A stretch of 64,000 bases of DNA, taken from assembly GCA_046290225.1 (NCBI GenBank), contig JBKAGE010000046.1, forward strand, positions 1-64,000, read 5' to 3'. Positions within the stretch are counted from its first letter, which is position 1; each line of letters starts with the position of its first letter. Shown here piece by piece: positions 1 to 9,021 of this stretch. The stretch comes from Bradymonadia bacterium. Its GTDB lineage: Bacteria > Myxococcota_A > Bradymonadia > UBA7976 > UBA1532. A program made the translations under genes and the position numbers. The notes under the pieces were generated by a model. It was not told the DNA's origin, made no database searches, and was given only the letters and a program-made list of their open reading frames with translations.

Positions 1-37
1 ATACCAACCAAAATGTGTAGGACGATCAGAGCCGCTG

Positions 38-256
38 GCTACGACTCCCGTCTTTTCGAGCCGTCTGCACGAAGGCTCGCGAACCTCACGACGACTGCCC
101 CCACCTCCGCGGCTCCGCGGGGCACGTGCACGACACTTCTCCAACTTATATGACGGCAGTGCTGAGGCGATTTCCTGGTCTACGACTGATGGCAGCTTGA
201 GCCATCTGCACACACCGTAGACCTCACGACGACCGCCACCACCTCCACGCTCCGCG
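38..256 (+). repeat. Two tandem degenerate copies (about 38-130 and 180-256) of the intergenic hairpin repeat family
   Basis: CTCACGACGACTGCCCCCACCTCCGCGGCTCCGCGGGGCACGTGCA (85-130) and CTCACGACGACCGCCACCACCTCCACGCTCCGCG (223-256) align with the inner half of the arms at 54976-55152 and 55479-55655. Confidence 0.7.
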
Positions 257-358
257 ACTCTTCTCAGGGTCTTCAGTGGCAGTCTCGCGACGCAAATACA
301 ACTCATGGGATCACCCACGTGCGGAGCACTCAAAGGGCTTCAAACCCAGGGTCGAATC

Positions 359-403
359 AACTCGTGCCCGTGCCCGTGCCCGTGCCCGTGCCCGAAACTC
401 TCT
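359..403 (+). repeat. AACTC(GTGCCC)5GAAACTCTCT short tandem-repeat element
   Basis: Read directly; reverse-complement copy with 4 units at 8327-8365. Confidence 0.9.
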
Positions 404-464
404 TCAAAGACTCCCACCCCCGACCTTGCCGATCCGCAGCCGATATGGTACCGGCCAACGCACT

Positions 465-1346
465 ATGGCGAGTAAACGATCCTCACTGTCTGGCCTGCTC
501 AACGCTGGCCTCGATCGTCTGCGCACCCCGGGCTCGAGCCGCCCTCAAAAGGGCAGCAAGCAGGCCACAGTCATCGCTGTGGCCGCCCAGAAGGGTGGCG
601 TGGGCAAAACCACCACCGTGGTCAACCTCGCCTGCGCCCTCGCAGAGCGACATGGCAAGAAGGTCCTGGTGGTCGACATCGACCCTCAGGGGCACGTCAC
701 CTCCTCTCTGCGAGAGAGCGTACGACCCGCCGAGGCCACCCTCTCGGAGATCTTGCTGGCCAACAAGCCCCGCGACCTGCTCGACGCCGTCGCCGAGAGC
801 GCCATCGACGGACTGTGGCTCACAGGACCCGACAAGGCCCTCAACGACACCGAGTCGCAGCTGGCGAGCAAAGTCGGCCGGGAGATGATCCTGAGAGGGG
901 CCTCGCTTACCGCGCGGACCCACTACGACATCATCCTGATCGACTGCCCACCGAACCTCGGCAACCTCACCCTCAACGCCCTCGTCGCCGCCGATAAGGT
1001 GCTCGTCCCCTGTGACATGAGCATCCTCGCCTTCGAAGGCGTCGCCGATCTGCTCGGGGCGGTGGAGACCGTCCAGATGCGCTTGCATCCGGGCCTCGAG
1101 GTCCTCGGGGTGGTGCGCACCCGGCTCGACCGACGGAACATTCAGATCAACCAGGCCATCGAAGGCGCGCTTTCACAGCACTATGGCGAAGAGCTCTTCG
1201 AGACCGCCATCCCCGTGAACAGCGCCCTGGCCAAAGCTCAGGCCGCGGGCATGAGCATCTTCCAGTTCGACAAGCGGGCCCGAGGGGCGGAGGCGTACGA
1301 CGCCCTCGCCGCCGAGGTCCTCGGGCGATTGAGGCCTGGCGGATGA
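465..1346 (+). CDS. ParA/Soj family ATPase (no adjacent parB)
   Basis: Deviant Walker A KGGVGKTT, DIDPQG, IDCPPNLG, C-terminal A..Y..LA.E; start moved to ATG 465 because the upstream ORF extension is only the translated GTGCCC repeat. Confidence 0.9.
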   Translation: MASKRSSLSGLLNAGLDRLRTPGSSRPQKGSKQATVIAVAAQKGGVGKTTTVVNLACALAERHGKKVLVVDIDPQGHVTSSLRESVRPAEATLSEILLANKPRDLLDAVAESAIDGLWLTGPDKALNDTESQLASKVGREMILRGASLTARTHYDIILIDCPPNLGNLTLNALVAADKVLVPCDMSILAFEGVADLLGAVETVQMRLHPGLEVLGVVRTRLDRRNIQINQAIEGALSQHYGEELFETAIPVNSALAKAQAAGMSIFQFDKRARGAEAYDALAAEVLGRLRPGG

Positions 1347-3775
1347 CCGGCACAAAAGCGGGCCTGGACCGCGCCGGCGTCATATTCCTGGCTCTGGCCA
1401 CTGTGCTCATGACCATCGGCACTGTGTGGTTCGGCATCTGGGAGCCCTGGGAAGCCGAGACCGCACGCGTGCTCGACGCTATGGCCGCCGAAGGCAGCTG
1501 GATGGCCGTGCTCCACGGCGCCGGCGAGCAGGCTCAGGTGGTGCCCGAGTTGCCCTATGGCTGGTGGCCCATCCGGGCGACGACGGCCATGCTCGGCACC
1601 ACCGAGCTCGGGCTGAGGCTGCCCTCGCTGCTCATCACCCTTGTGGTGCTGTGGGCCATGTACGTGAACGTGAAGCGCCTCTATGGCGCCCAAGCCGCCC
1701 TGCTCTCCGGGGTGGCTGTGCTCACTATGCCCCTCTTCGCCTTCCACGGGCGTCACGCCATGGGGCTCAGCGTGGGCGCAGGGCTGATGGCCCTCGGCGC
1801 GCTGGGATTGATCCGGGCCGCGGCAGATGACGAGGCCCCTTCTGGCTGGCGATGGCTCGGCTGGGGCGCCGCGGCGCTGTCGGGTCTGTGTACTGGCGCC
1901 ACCGGCCTCGCAGCCCCTCTGTTCGCCGGGCTTGCCTCTGCCTGGGATGCCCACAAGCGCGGCAAGACTGGCGCCTTCAAGGCGTTGCTGGCACCAGGTC
2001 CTCTCGCCCTCGCCGTGGTGCTCCTCGGCGTCGGCTGGGGGATGGCACTGGCCACCATCGACGCTTCACCGTCCGCTTTGCTGCTGTGGGCCGATCCGGT
2101 GATCGCATATCGCGGCCCGGGGCTGCCCTCCTTCGAGCAGTTCGTGCATCAAATCGGCTTTGGGCTGTACCCCCTCGCTGCGCTGCTGCCCTTCGCCTTC
2201 GGGTCAATGTTGTGGGCCGATCCGCCCTCTGACGAGCCTGCAGGAGCTCAGGGCGCTGATCCCGGTGTGGCCATCTGGTTCGCCGCGGCCTTCTTGGGTC
2301 CTGCCCTCGCGGTGCCGGCCACAGGCCCTGCGCTGTTCCCCGGGGCACCCGCCGTGGCCATCGCCGTGGGCGTGTACCTCGCCCGAGCCCTGCGCCATCG
2401 GCCCACGCCGGTGGTGGTCATGGGCGCGGTCATGATCATGTATCTGCTCGACTCCAACTTGAGCCACAACACTCGCTACCTCGCCGACACCCTCGTCGCT
2501 GCAGAGGTCGAAGACTTCCCAGCAAAGCTGTCTGGGTGGTCCATCGCCCGCCTGCTCACGCTGAGCTTCATCGCCATCATGTTGCTGTACCACGCCGACC
2601 TTAAAGACAAGGTGAAGGGTCTCGTGGTGAAAGTCGCCTACCCCAAGCGCATCGACGGCGCCCTCATCGGCATCCTGGTGGTCCTCGCCGTGATCCTCGC
2701 CGTGGTGGTGCAGTCCGCGGCGCCGAACACCTTCGAGCAGCTGGTGAACGCCAACAACAAGACCTGGCGTCGACTGGTGGTGGGCATCCGCGGTCTCATC
2801 GTCTTCGTCGGGGTGTGGTTGCCGATCTTCGGTGTGCTCTGGGCCCTGGTCTTCGCTCGTGTACGTGGGCTCAATGGTCGCGCCTCCGGACGCCTGACCC
2901 GCCTCGCAGACGTGCTGCAGGGGTGGCTCTCCCACCCGAAGGCGGGCTTCGTGGCCACGCTGTCGATCCTGGTGGTTTGGGGGGCCTTCCTGAACCTGCC
3001 TGTAGCGCGAGCGCTGTCGTTCAACTTCAGCGAGAAGCACCTGCTCTCGGTCTATCAAGACCTCGCCGACGAGAACGAGCCCCTCTACCGCCATCGGCTC
3101 AAGGCCGATGATCGACTGTTCTACGCCCGAGATCTGCAAGATCTCACCGTGGCCGCCTTCGCGGAGAAGGCCAAGAGTGAAGCCCGATTCTTCGCGCTGA
3201 TCCCCCGCAAGCGCCTGAGCGACGTGCACTCGGCCATGCGGGCGGCGAATGGCGAGATCCTGCCGGTGCTCGACGACACCAGCAATCGCTACCTTCTGGT
3301 CTCCAACCGACTCGAGGACGGAGAAGAAGATCACAACCCGATCCGCAAAGCCCTCGTCACCGAGCTGCCTCAGGGCGTGCACAAGGCCTCAGTGAACTTC
3401 GAGAACAAGATCGAGCTGGTGGGCTGGCGGCTTCTGCCCGAGGCCCCTCGCCGGGGCTCCAGCCTCGACATCGAGCTGTACTGGAAGGTCCTCGAGCGCG
3501 TGCCGAGCAACTACAAGGTCTTTGTGCACATCGACGCCGCGGGCTCCCGAATACATGGGGATCATGATCCGGTTGCAGGCCTGTACCCCACTTCGAAGTG
3601 GGGCGTGGGCGAGATCGTCCGCGACGTGCACAAAGTCACCGTGAAGAAGTCGACCTCTGCAGGTCGCCACACCTTCTACACCGGCCTGTTCAGGGGCAGT
3701 AAGCGCATGACGATTCGCAAGGGCCCCAAAGATAAAGAGAACCGGGCCCGCCTCGGCGCAGTGAGCGTGCATTGA
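1343..3775 (+). CDS. ArnT/PMT-like (GT39/GT83, GT-C fold) multi-TM glycosyltransferase with C-terminal soluble domain
   Basis: GIWEPWE..A..M loop, ELGLRLPS motif, more than 10 hydrophobic segments, C-terminal domain with YKVFVHID...DHDP...YPTSKW..GE; ATGA overlap with parA stop. Confidence 0.75.
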   Translation: MTGTKAGLDRAGVIFLALATVLMTIGTVWFGIWEPWEAETARVLDAMAAEGSWMAVLHGAGEQAQVVPELPYGWWPIRATTAMLGTTELGLRLPSLLITLVVLWAMYVNVKRLYGAQAALLSGVAVLTMPLFAFHGRHAMGLSVGAGLMALGALGLIRAAADDEAPSGWRWLGWGAAALSGLCTGATGLAAPLFAGLASAWDAHKRGKTGAFKALLAPGPLALAVVLLGVGWGMALATIDASPSALLLWADPVIAYRGPGLPSFEQFVHQIGFGLYPLAALLPFAFGSMLWADPPSDEPAGAQGADPGVAIWFAAAFLGPALAVPATGPALFPGAPAVAIAVGVYLARALRHRPTPVVVMGAVMIMYLLDSNLSHNTRYLADTLVAAEVEDFPAKLSGWSIARLLTLSFIAIMLLYHADLKDKVKGLVVKVAYPKRIDGALIGILVVLAVILAVVVQSAAPNTFEQLVNANNKTWRRLVVGIRGLIVFVGVWLPIFGVLWALVFARVRGLNGRASGRLTRLADVLQGWLSHPKAGFVATLSILVVWGAFLNLPVARALSFNFSEKHLLSVYQDLADENEPLYRHRLKADDRLFYARDLQDLTVAAFAEKAKSEARFFALIPRKRLSDVHSAMRAANGEILPVLDDTSNRYLLVSNRLEDGEEDHNPIRKALVTELPQGVHKASVNFENKIELVGWRLLPEAPRRGSSLDIELYWKVLERVPSNYKVFVHIDAAGSRIHGDHDPVAGLYPTSKWGVGEIVRDVHKVTVKKSTSAGRHTFYTGLFRGSKRMTIRKGPKDKENRARLGAVSVH

Positions 3776-4689
3776 TGACCACGGTGGTGGCCCTGCAGGT
3801 CCTGGCCTTCTTCTGGGGGGCAAGCTGGGGCAGCTTCCTCAACGTGGTGATCTACCGCCTGCCTCTGGGGCTGTCTCTGGTGCGCCCGGGCTCGCGATGC
3901 CCGAGCTGCGAGACCCCCATCAAGCCCTACGACAACATACCGGTGCTGAGCTGGCTCATCTTGAGGGGCCGCTGCCGCGCCTGCAAAGTGAGCATCAACC
4001 CCCGCTACATGCTGGTGGAGATCGCCTGTGGAGTGATCTGCCTGGCGATGTTCCGTCAGGCGGTGTTGCCGCTGTCGCCACCAACCATGTTGGTGGACAT
4101 GGCCTTCTGGCAGTGGGGCTTTGCTTTGGCACTGGGCCTCGTGGCCGTGGCCTTCATCGATCTCGAGCACATCATCATCCCCCACGAGATCACCTTTCCT
4201 CTGATGGTGATCGGCGTCGGCGGTGCTTTTGCCCTCCCTCATGTAGACGGCATGACCAGCCTTTGGGGTCTCCTTGCAGGCGGTGGCTCCATCGGCGTGA
4301 TCTATGTCGTGGCTCTGTTGATCTATCGACGAGAGGCCATGGGTCTGGGTGATGTGACGCTCACAGCGATGATCGGCGCCTTCCTCGGCCCCCGCCCCCT
4401 GCTCCTCGTGGTCCTCGCGGCGTGCATCCAAGCGCTGCTCGCGGTGGCCATCGTGACCCTCTATCAGAAGATTACGGGTAAAGAGGGAGAGCTGGTGCGG
4501 ACCATGGGGGAGATCGACGCGCACTTTGGCGAAGAACATCCAGAGGACCACATCTCGGAGAAAGCCGCCCTGCCCTTCGGCCCCTTCCTCGCCCTCGGTG
4601 CCCTCGAGGCCCTGCTCTTCGGCGACCAGTGGTTTTGGGACTTGAGCGATCGCTTCAGCCTCGCCCTGGCTCAGCTGTTCGGCGCTTGA
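3775..4689 (+). CDS. pilD: Prepilin peptidase (A24)
   Basis: GSFLNVVIYRLP, SRCPSC...GRCRAC zinc motifs, IDLEH..IP, MGLGD, LPFGPFLALG. Confidence 0.95.
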   Translation: MTTVVALQVLAFFWGASWGSFLNVVIYRLPLGLSLVRPGSRCPSCETPIKPYDNIPVLSWLILRGRCRACKVSINPRYMLVEIACGVICLAMFRQAVLPLSPPTMLVDMAFWQWGFALALGLVAVAFIDLEHIIIPHEITFPLMVIGVGGAFALPHVDGMTSLWGLLAGGGSIGVIYVVALLIYRREAMGLGDVTLTAMIGAFLGPRPLLLVVLAACIQALLAVAIVTLYQKITGKEGELVRTMGEIDAHFGEEHPEDHISEKAALPFGPFLALGALEALLFGDQWFWDLSDRFSLALAQLFGA

Positions 4690-6188
4690 TGGAGACGCCG
4701 CGGCAGAAGAGGCGTGCGCACACGACATTGGGCATTCGAGGCATCCTGGCCCTCGGCCTCGCCGGCCTGCTCGCCGTCTCGGGCCTCATCGCAGGCATGT
4801 TGGTGTTCACCCTCGTGGGCGATGAGGCTGAGCGCGCAGTGGCCTCTCAGCAGCGTCTGCGTGCGGCGGCGCTGACCCGTATGCTCGAAGCGCAGTGCAG
4901 CACTCAGGCGCTCTGCCAGAAGGCGCTGCAGCGACTGCAACAGACCGAGCCTGCGCGAGGTTCGGACTTGATGCACCTCGCCCTGCTGGCTCCAGGGCCC
5001 ACCCCCGTCTTTGCCGAGCGCCTGAACCGGCGCGACCGGGACAGCGTGGTCATCGACGCCCTCCAGAGCCGAGCCCTCGCCTGGAGCCGAGAGGACATCG
5101 CCGGGCAGCCTGTCTTGAGAGTCGCGGTGCCGCTCCGACTGCCTTCGGGCATGCGTGGTGTACTCAATGCCACCTTCGAGCTGGCCTCGGCCCGGGCCTC
5201 TCTCGCCCGCCGTCAGAAGCTGGTCTTGTGGTCTTTGATCCTCGATTTCGCAGGCGTGCTCGTCTTCGGCATCTACCTGGGTGGCCGCTACATCGTGAGA
5301 CCCATCCAGGGCATCACTGAAGCGGCGGCTCTCGTCACGATGACCGGCGCCCACTCGACCCTGACGATGCCTCAAGACGGGCCACGGGAGATCAACCGCC
5401 TCGCCCGCACCTTCGAACAGATGGTCCGACGTCTCGGAGAGCAGCAGGACACGCTCAGGCGACAAGTCTCGGCCCTGGAGACCGCCCGCAACGAGCTCGT
5501 GCGCTCTGAGAAGCTCGCCACAGTGGGTCGGCTGGCGAGCGGGGTGGCCCACGAGGTGGGCAACCCGTTGGCCGCGGTCATAGGTTTCGTGGAGTTCATG
5601 CAGGATCCGAGAGGCGTCTCCCCGGATCAGCAAGCAGATCTACTCACCCGCATGCAGCGCGAGCTCGGACGCATCCAGACGACGATCCGCGATCTGCTCG
5701 ATTTCAGTCGCCCCTCTGCAGGCGTACCTGAGCCCGTCGATCTGATGGAGGCGGCTCAATCCGCCTATGAGCTGGTGCGTTACCAGCGCAGGTTTAAATC
5801 CATCGAGGTCGTCTTCGAAGCCGAATCCTTGCCTCCAGTCATTGTGGACCGTGGGCGCCTGCGTCAGGTGCTCGTAAACCTGCTCCTCAACGCTGCAGAT
5901 GCTCTGGCCACCGTCGAGACAGGCACCCGGCTGATCACGATCGGTGCTGCAGCGCACTCCCGAGAAGGCATCTCAGGGGTACGGCTCACAGTGTCCGACA
6001 ACGGTCCAGGGGTGCCAGAAGACATCGCTGAGCAACTTTTTGATCCGTTTTTTACGACCAAGCAACCTGGAGAGGGCACAGGGTTGGGTTTGGCCATTGC
6101 TCATCGGCTTGTAGAAGAAGCTCAGGGTCATCTGGCACTCCAGACTTCTGATGCGGGTGCAGCCTTTTCGGTCTGGCTTCCGACCTGA
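4689..6188 (+). CDS. HAMP-domain sensor histidine kinase (PilS2-like by position after pilD)
   Basis: Two TM segments, HAMP, H-box AHEVGNPL, N-box [27 protein letters not shown] overlaps pilD stop. Confidence 0.9.
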   Translation: METPRQKRRAHTTLGIRGILALGLAGLLAVSGLIAGMLVFTLVGDEAERAVASQQRLRAAALTRMLEAQCSTQALCQKALQRLQQTEPARGSDLMHLALLAPGPTPVFAERLNRRDRDSVVIDALQSRALAWSREDIAGQPVLRVAVPLRLPSGMRGVLNATFELASARASLARRQKLVLWSLILDFAGVLVFGIYLGGRYIVRPIQGITEAAALVTMTGAHSTLTMPQDGPREINRLARTFEQMVRRLGEQQDTLRRQVSALETARNELVRSEKLATVGRLASGVAHEVGNPLAAVIGFVEFMQDPRGVSPDQQADLLTRMQRELGRIQTTIRDLLDFSRPSAGVPEPVDLMEAAQSAYELVRYQRRFKSIEVVFEAESLPPVIVDRGRLRQVLVNLLLNAADALATVETGTRLITIGAAAHSREGISGVRLTVSDNGPGVPEDIAEQLFDPFFTTKQPGEGTGLGLAIAHRLVEEAQGHLALQTSDAGAAFSVWLPT

Positions 6189-6346
6189 CTCGGGGAACCT
6201 GAGCATTCGGGCGCTGTCACATGGTCGAGCAGTGGGGGCGCTGAGAAGACAACACATCTGTGTGTCTCTTGATGGGTATTTCTTTCATGAGAGAGAGCTC
6301 TATCTGTGCGTTTCCCACATCTGACAACTCGACATTGGGAGACGTT

Positions 6347-8326
6347 ATGCTTGTTCGATGGAACCCATCAGCCTCTTATTTCCACGTGTGTGCTCTTTTG
6401 GCATGTATCCATTTTTCTGGTTGCTCTGAACAACAGCCCTCGAATGCGAACACAGCGCAGAAGCGCGCTTCACCTGAGTCTGCTGACCCCGCTGAGCTCA
6501 AACCTCTACATGTTGCGGACAAAGCACGACCAGCAAAGGTCAAAATCAAACCCAAGGTATCGCGAAAGTTAGAGAGAAAGGCCTCGGCCCCGTCTGACAG
6601 TCGTTCTATGCGTGACGAGGCCAGGTTCAGGGCAATGCGCCAGAACGTGCGCAGCAAGACCGTGCTCAGCCAGATTGGTACCAGGGGTGGTGATGACCCC
6701 GGCTCCATCGTCGACAGGCTCACCGAAGGGGCCACGAACGTTGCGCTGAAGGATAACTTCGATGGCGCCACGGGTGTGGCACCAGGACAGCTACGTGGCG
6801 CAGCTCGAGACGTCTTCTCGCGGCAGCCCGTCGTGCTCCGCGGTCAGGTCGTCGCCCAGAAGCCTCCTCAGGCGGACTTCCGCGCTGAGGCTTACGACAG
6901 GATCACCGACAACCCGTTCAAGTCGGCCCTGAGCGATGCCCTGAGCACATTCTCCATCGACGTGGACACAGCATCCTATTCGAACATCCGTCGGTTCCTG
7001 GGATGGAACCGACTGCCGCCGAAGGACGCAGTGCGCATCGAGGAGATGGTGAACTACTTCGGCTACGACTACCCCCAGCCCAAGGGTCGCCGCCCCTTCA
7101 GCATCCACACCGAAGTGTCCACGGCGCCCTGGAACCCCGCCCATCGCCTTGTGAAGATCGGTCTGCAAGGCAAGCGCGTCGATACGTCGAAGTTGCCCCC
7201 GAACAACCTCGTGCTCCTCATCGATGTTTCAGGCTCGATGCGTACGCGCAACAAGCTGCCCCTGCTCAAGAGCGCCTTCAAGCTGCTGGTGAATCAGCTG
7301 CGTGAGCAAGACCGAGTGGCCATCGTGGTGTACGCCGGTGCCGCAGGGCTCGTACTCCCCAGTACCTCTGGCGCCGAGAAGAACGCGATCTTCACCGCCC
7401 TCGACAACCTGCAGGCCGGTGGCAACACCGCAGGTGGAGCCGGCATTCAGCTGGCATATCAGACCGCCCAGAAGCACTTCATCAAGGGCGGAAACAACCG
7501 GATCATTTTGGCGACTGATGGCGACTTCAACGTCGGTGTCAGCAGTGATGGCGATCTCACGCGGCTGATCGAAGAGAAGCGGAAGAGCGGGGTGTTCCTG
7601 ACGATTCTGGGTTTTGGCTCTGGGAACTACCAGGACTCGAAGATGGAAAAAATGTCGAACGCTGGGAACGGGAACGCGGCATACATCGACAGCATTTTGG
7701 AGGCGAAGAAGGTGCTGGTGAACGAGATGGGGGGCACGCTGCTCACCATCGCCAAAGACGTGAAGATTCAGGTGGAGTTCAACCCCACCAAGGTCAAGGG
7801 CCACCGCCTCATCGGTTACGAAAACCGCGTGCTGGCCCACCAGGACTTCAACAACGACAAGAAGGATGCTGGGGAGCTGGGTGCAGGCCACACCGTCACC
7901 GCGCTCTACGAAATCATCCCCGCGGGCTCCGACGAGATCATCCCTGGCGTAGACGAGCTGAAGTACCAGAAGAAGTCCGCCACTGACTTCGGCCGCTCGA
8001 ACGAGCTGATGACGGTGAAGCTGCGTTACAAGCAGCCCAGTGGGCAGAAGAGTCGGCGGATCATCCACACGGTCATCGACGCGCATACGCCTCTCGCCAA
8101 GACGAGTGACGACTTCCGCTTCAGTACCGCAGTCGTTGAACTTGGCCTGCTTCTGCGTGAGTCGAGCCATAGGGGTAAAGCTGACTACGACGCCCTCATC
8201 GCCCGAGCTCGGGAGGCGCTCGGGCGGGATGCCAACGGGTACCGCTATGACTTCGTCAAGCTCGCTGAGCGCGCTGCGGCCATTCATGCGACACAGTTGG
8301 AGCGTGTGCAGGCGGTGGCTCGGTAG
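6347..8326 (+). CDS. YfbK-like VWA-domain lipoprotein (VWA plus DUF3520-like C-terminus)
   Basis: GGGAG RBS, lipobox-like FSG-C, STFSIDVDTASY, RIEEMVNYF, MIDAS DVSGSM, LATDGDFNVG, RLIGYENR, DAGELGAGHTVTALYEI. Confidence 0.9.
   Translation: MLVRWNPSASYFHVCALLACIHFSGCSEQQPSNANTAQKRASPESADPAELKPLHVADKARPAKVKIKPKVSRKLERKASAPSDSRSMRDEARFRAMRQNVRSKTVLSQIGTRGGDDPGSIVDRLTEGATNVALKDNFDGATGVAPGQLRGAARDVFSRQPVVLRGQVVAQKPPQADFRAEAYDRITDNPFKSALSDALSTFSIDVDTASYSNIRRFLGWNRLPPKDAVRIEEMVNYFGYDYPQPKGRRPFSIHTEVSTAPWNPAHRLVKIGLQGKRVDTSKLPPNNLVLLIDVSGSMRTRNKLPLLKSAFKLLVNQLREQDRVAIVVYAGAAGLVLPSTSGAEKNAIFTALDNLQAGGNTAGGAGIQLAYQTAQKHFIKGGNNRIILATDGDFNVGVSSDGDLTRLIEEKRKSGVFLTILGFGSGNYQDSKMEKMSNAGNGNAAYIDSILEAKKVLVNEMGGTLLTIAKDVKIQVEFNPTKVKGHRLIGYENRVLAHQDFNNDKKDAGELGAGHTVTALYEIIPAGSDEIIPGVDELKYQKKSATDFGRSNELMTVKLRYKQPSGQKSRRIIHTVIDAHTPLAKTSDDFRFSTAVVELGLLLRESSHRGKADYDALIARAREALGRDANGYRYDFVKLAERAAAIHATQLERVQAVAR
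6626..6781 (+). repeat. 156-bp segment duplicated in inverted orientation at 41604-41759 inside the gltG-like gene
   Basis: Hand alignment: 132/156 nt and 44/52 aa identical, including a perfect 32-nt run AGAACGTGCGCAGCAAGACCGTGCTCAGCCAG. Confidence 0.95.
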
Positions 8327-8365
8327 AGAGAGTTTCGGGCACGGGCACGGGCACGGGCACGAGTT
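8327..8365 (-). repeat. AACTC(GTGCCC)4GAAACTCTCT element, inverted copy of 359-403, directly after the VWA gene stop
   Basis: AGAGAGTTTC(GGGCAC)4GAGTT read directly. Confidence 0.9.
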
Positions 8366-8532
8366 TTACGGGTGTGGGCTCCACAGTATGTGGCTGGTGG
8401 TGTCTTGGAGTTGTGGGGTGGTGGCTGCTTCGCCGCACGTCGTGGCTACATCAGAGCGGCGAGGGTACGCACCAGCTCACCGGATAGCCCGAAGAGCCAG
8501 CAACCCGGCCCCACAAACCTGGAACGAGCGTA

Positions 8533-8718
8533 TGCATGTGCCCGCGGAGGGGTGTAAGTCACGGGAGTGACCGACTGAGTCGTGAGGCGTGGTGTCTGGG
8601 TGGTGATTCACCCGGAGGAGTAGCCGGAGGCTACTTCGAGGAGGGAAGCGCCGCCCAGGCGCCGCGGATCGCGGCTCAGGCGGTCGCTCACGGGGCTTAC
8701 GCCCCGGAGCAAAGGAGC
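8533..8718 (-). repeat. Diverged full-length member of the intergenic hairpin repeat family, starting right after the atpE stop
   Basis: Same ordered motifs as the 55-kb arms: GCTCC start, small hairpin then TGAGCG, central GTAGC/GCTAC hairpin, CACCACGC-CTCACGAC, end CTCCGCGGGCACATGCA. Confidence 0.65.
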
Positions 8719-9021
8719 TCAGATCTTGCCGGAGATGATGAAGGCGATGATCAGAGCGTAGATGACCAGGGACTCGATGAGGGCGAGGCCGAGGATCATG
8801 GGGGTGAAGATCTTGTTCTGGGCGCCGGGGTTGCGGGCGATGCCCTCGAGGGCGGCGGCAGCGGTGCGGCCCTGAGCGATGGCGCCACCGAAGGCGGCGA
8901 TGCCGAGGCCGAAGGCGGCGGCGATGGCGAGGGTGCCACCGGCGGGGTGACCCTCAGCGAAGGCCGGGAGGGCCATGAAGGTGATGAAGAGGAAGCTGAA
9001 AACGGAGAAGAACTTGCTCAC
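8719..9021 (-). CDS. atpE: F0 ATP synthase subunit c with N-terminal signal-like extension
   Basis: GxGxAAxGG...QG, EGIARNP loop, [11 protein letters not shown] with catalytic Glu; GTG start with GGAG RBS. Confidence 0.95.
   Translation of the reverse strand: MSKFFSVFSFLFITFMALPAFAEGHPAGGTLAIAAAFGLGIAAFGGAIAQGRTAAAALEGIARNPGAQNKIFTPMILGLALIESLVIYALIIAFIISGKI

Noticed and set aside
276..464. N-terminal extension of ParA containing RARARARARAR
   Set aside because: It is the translation of the (GTGCCC)n repeat; ATG 465 is the more plausible start
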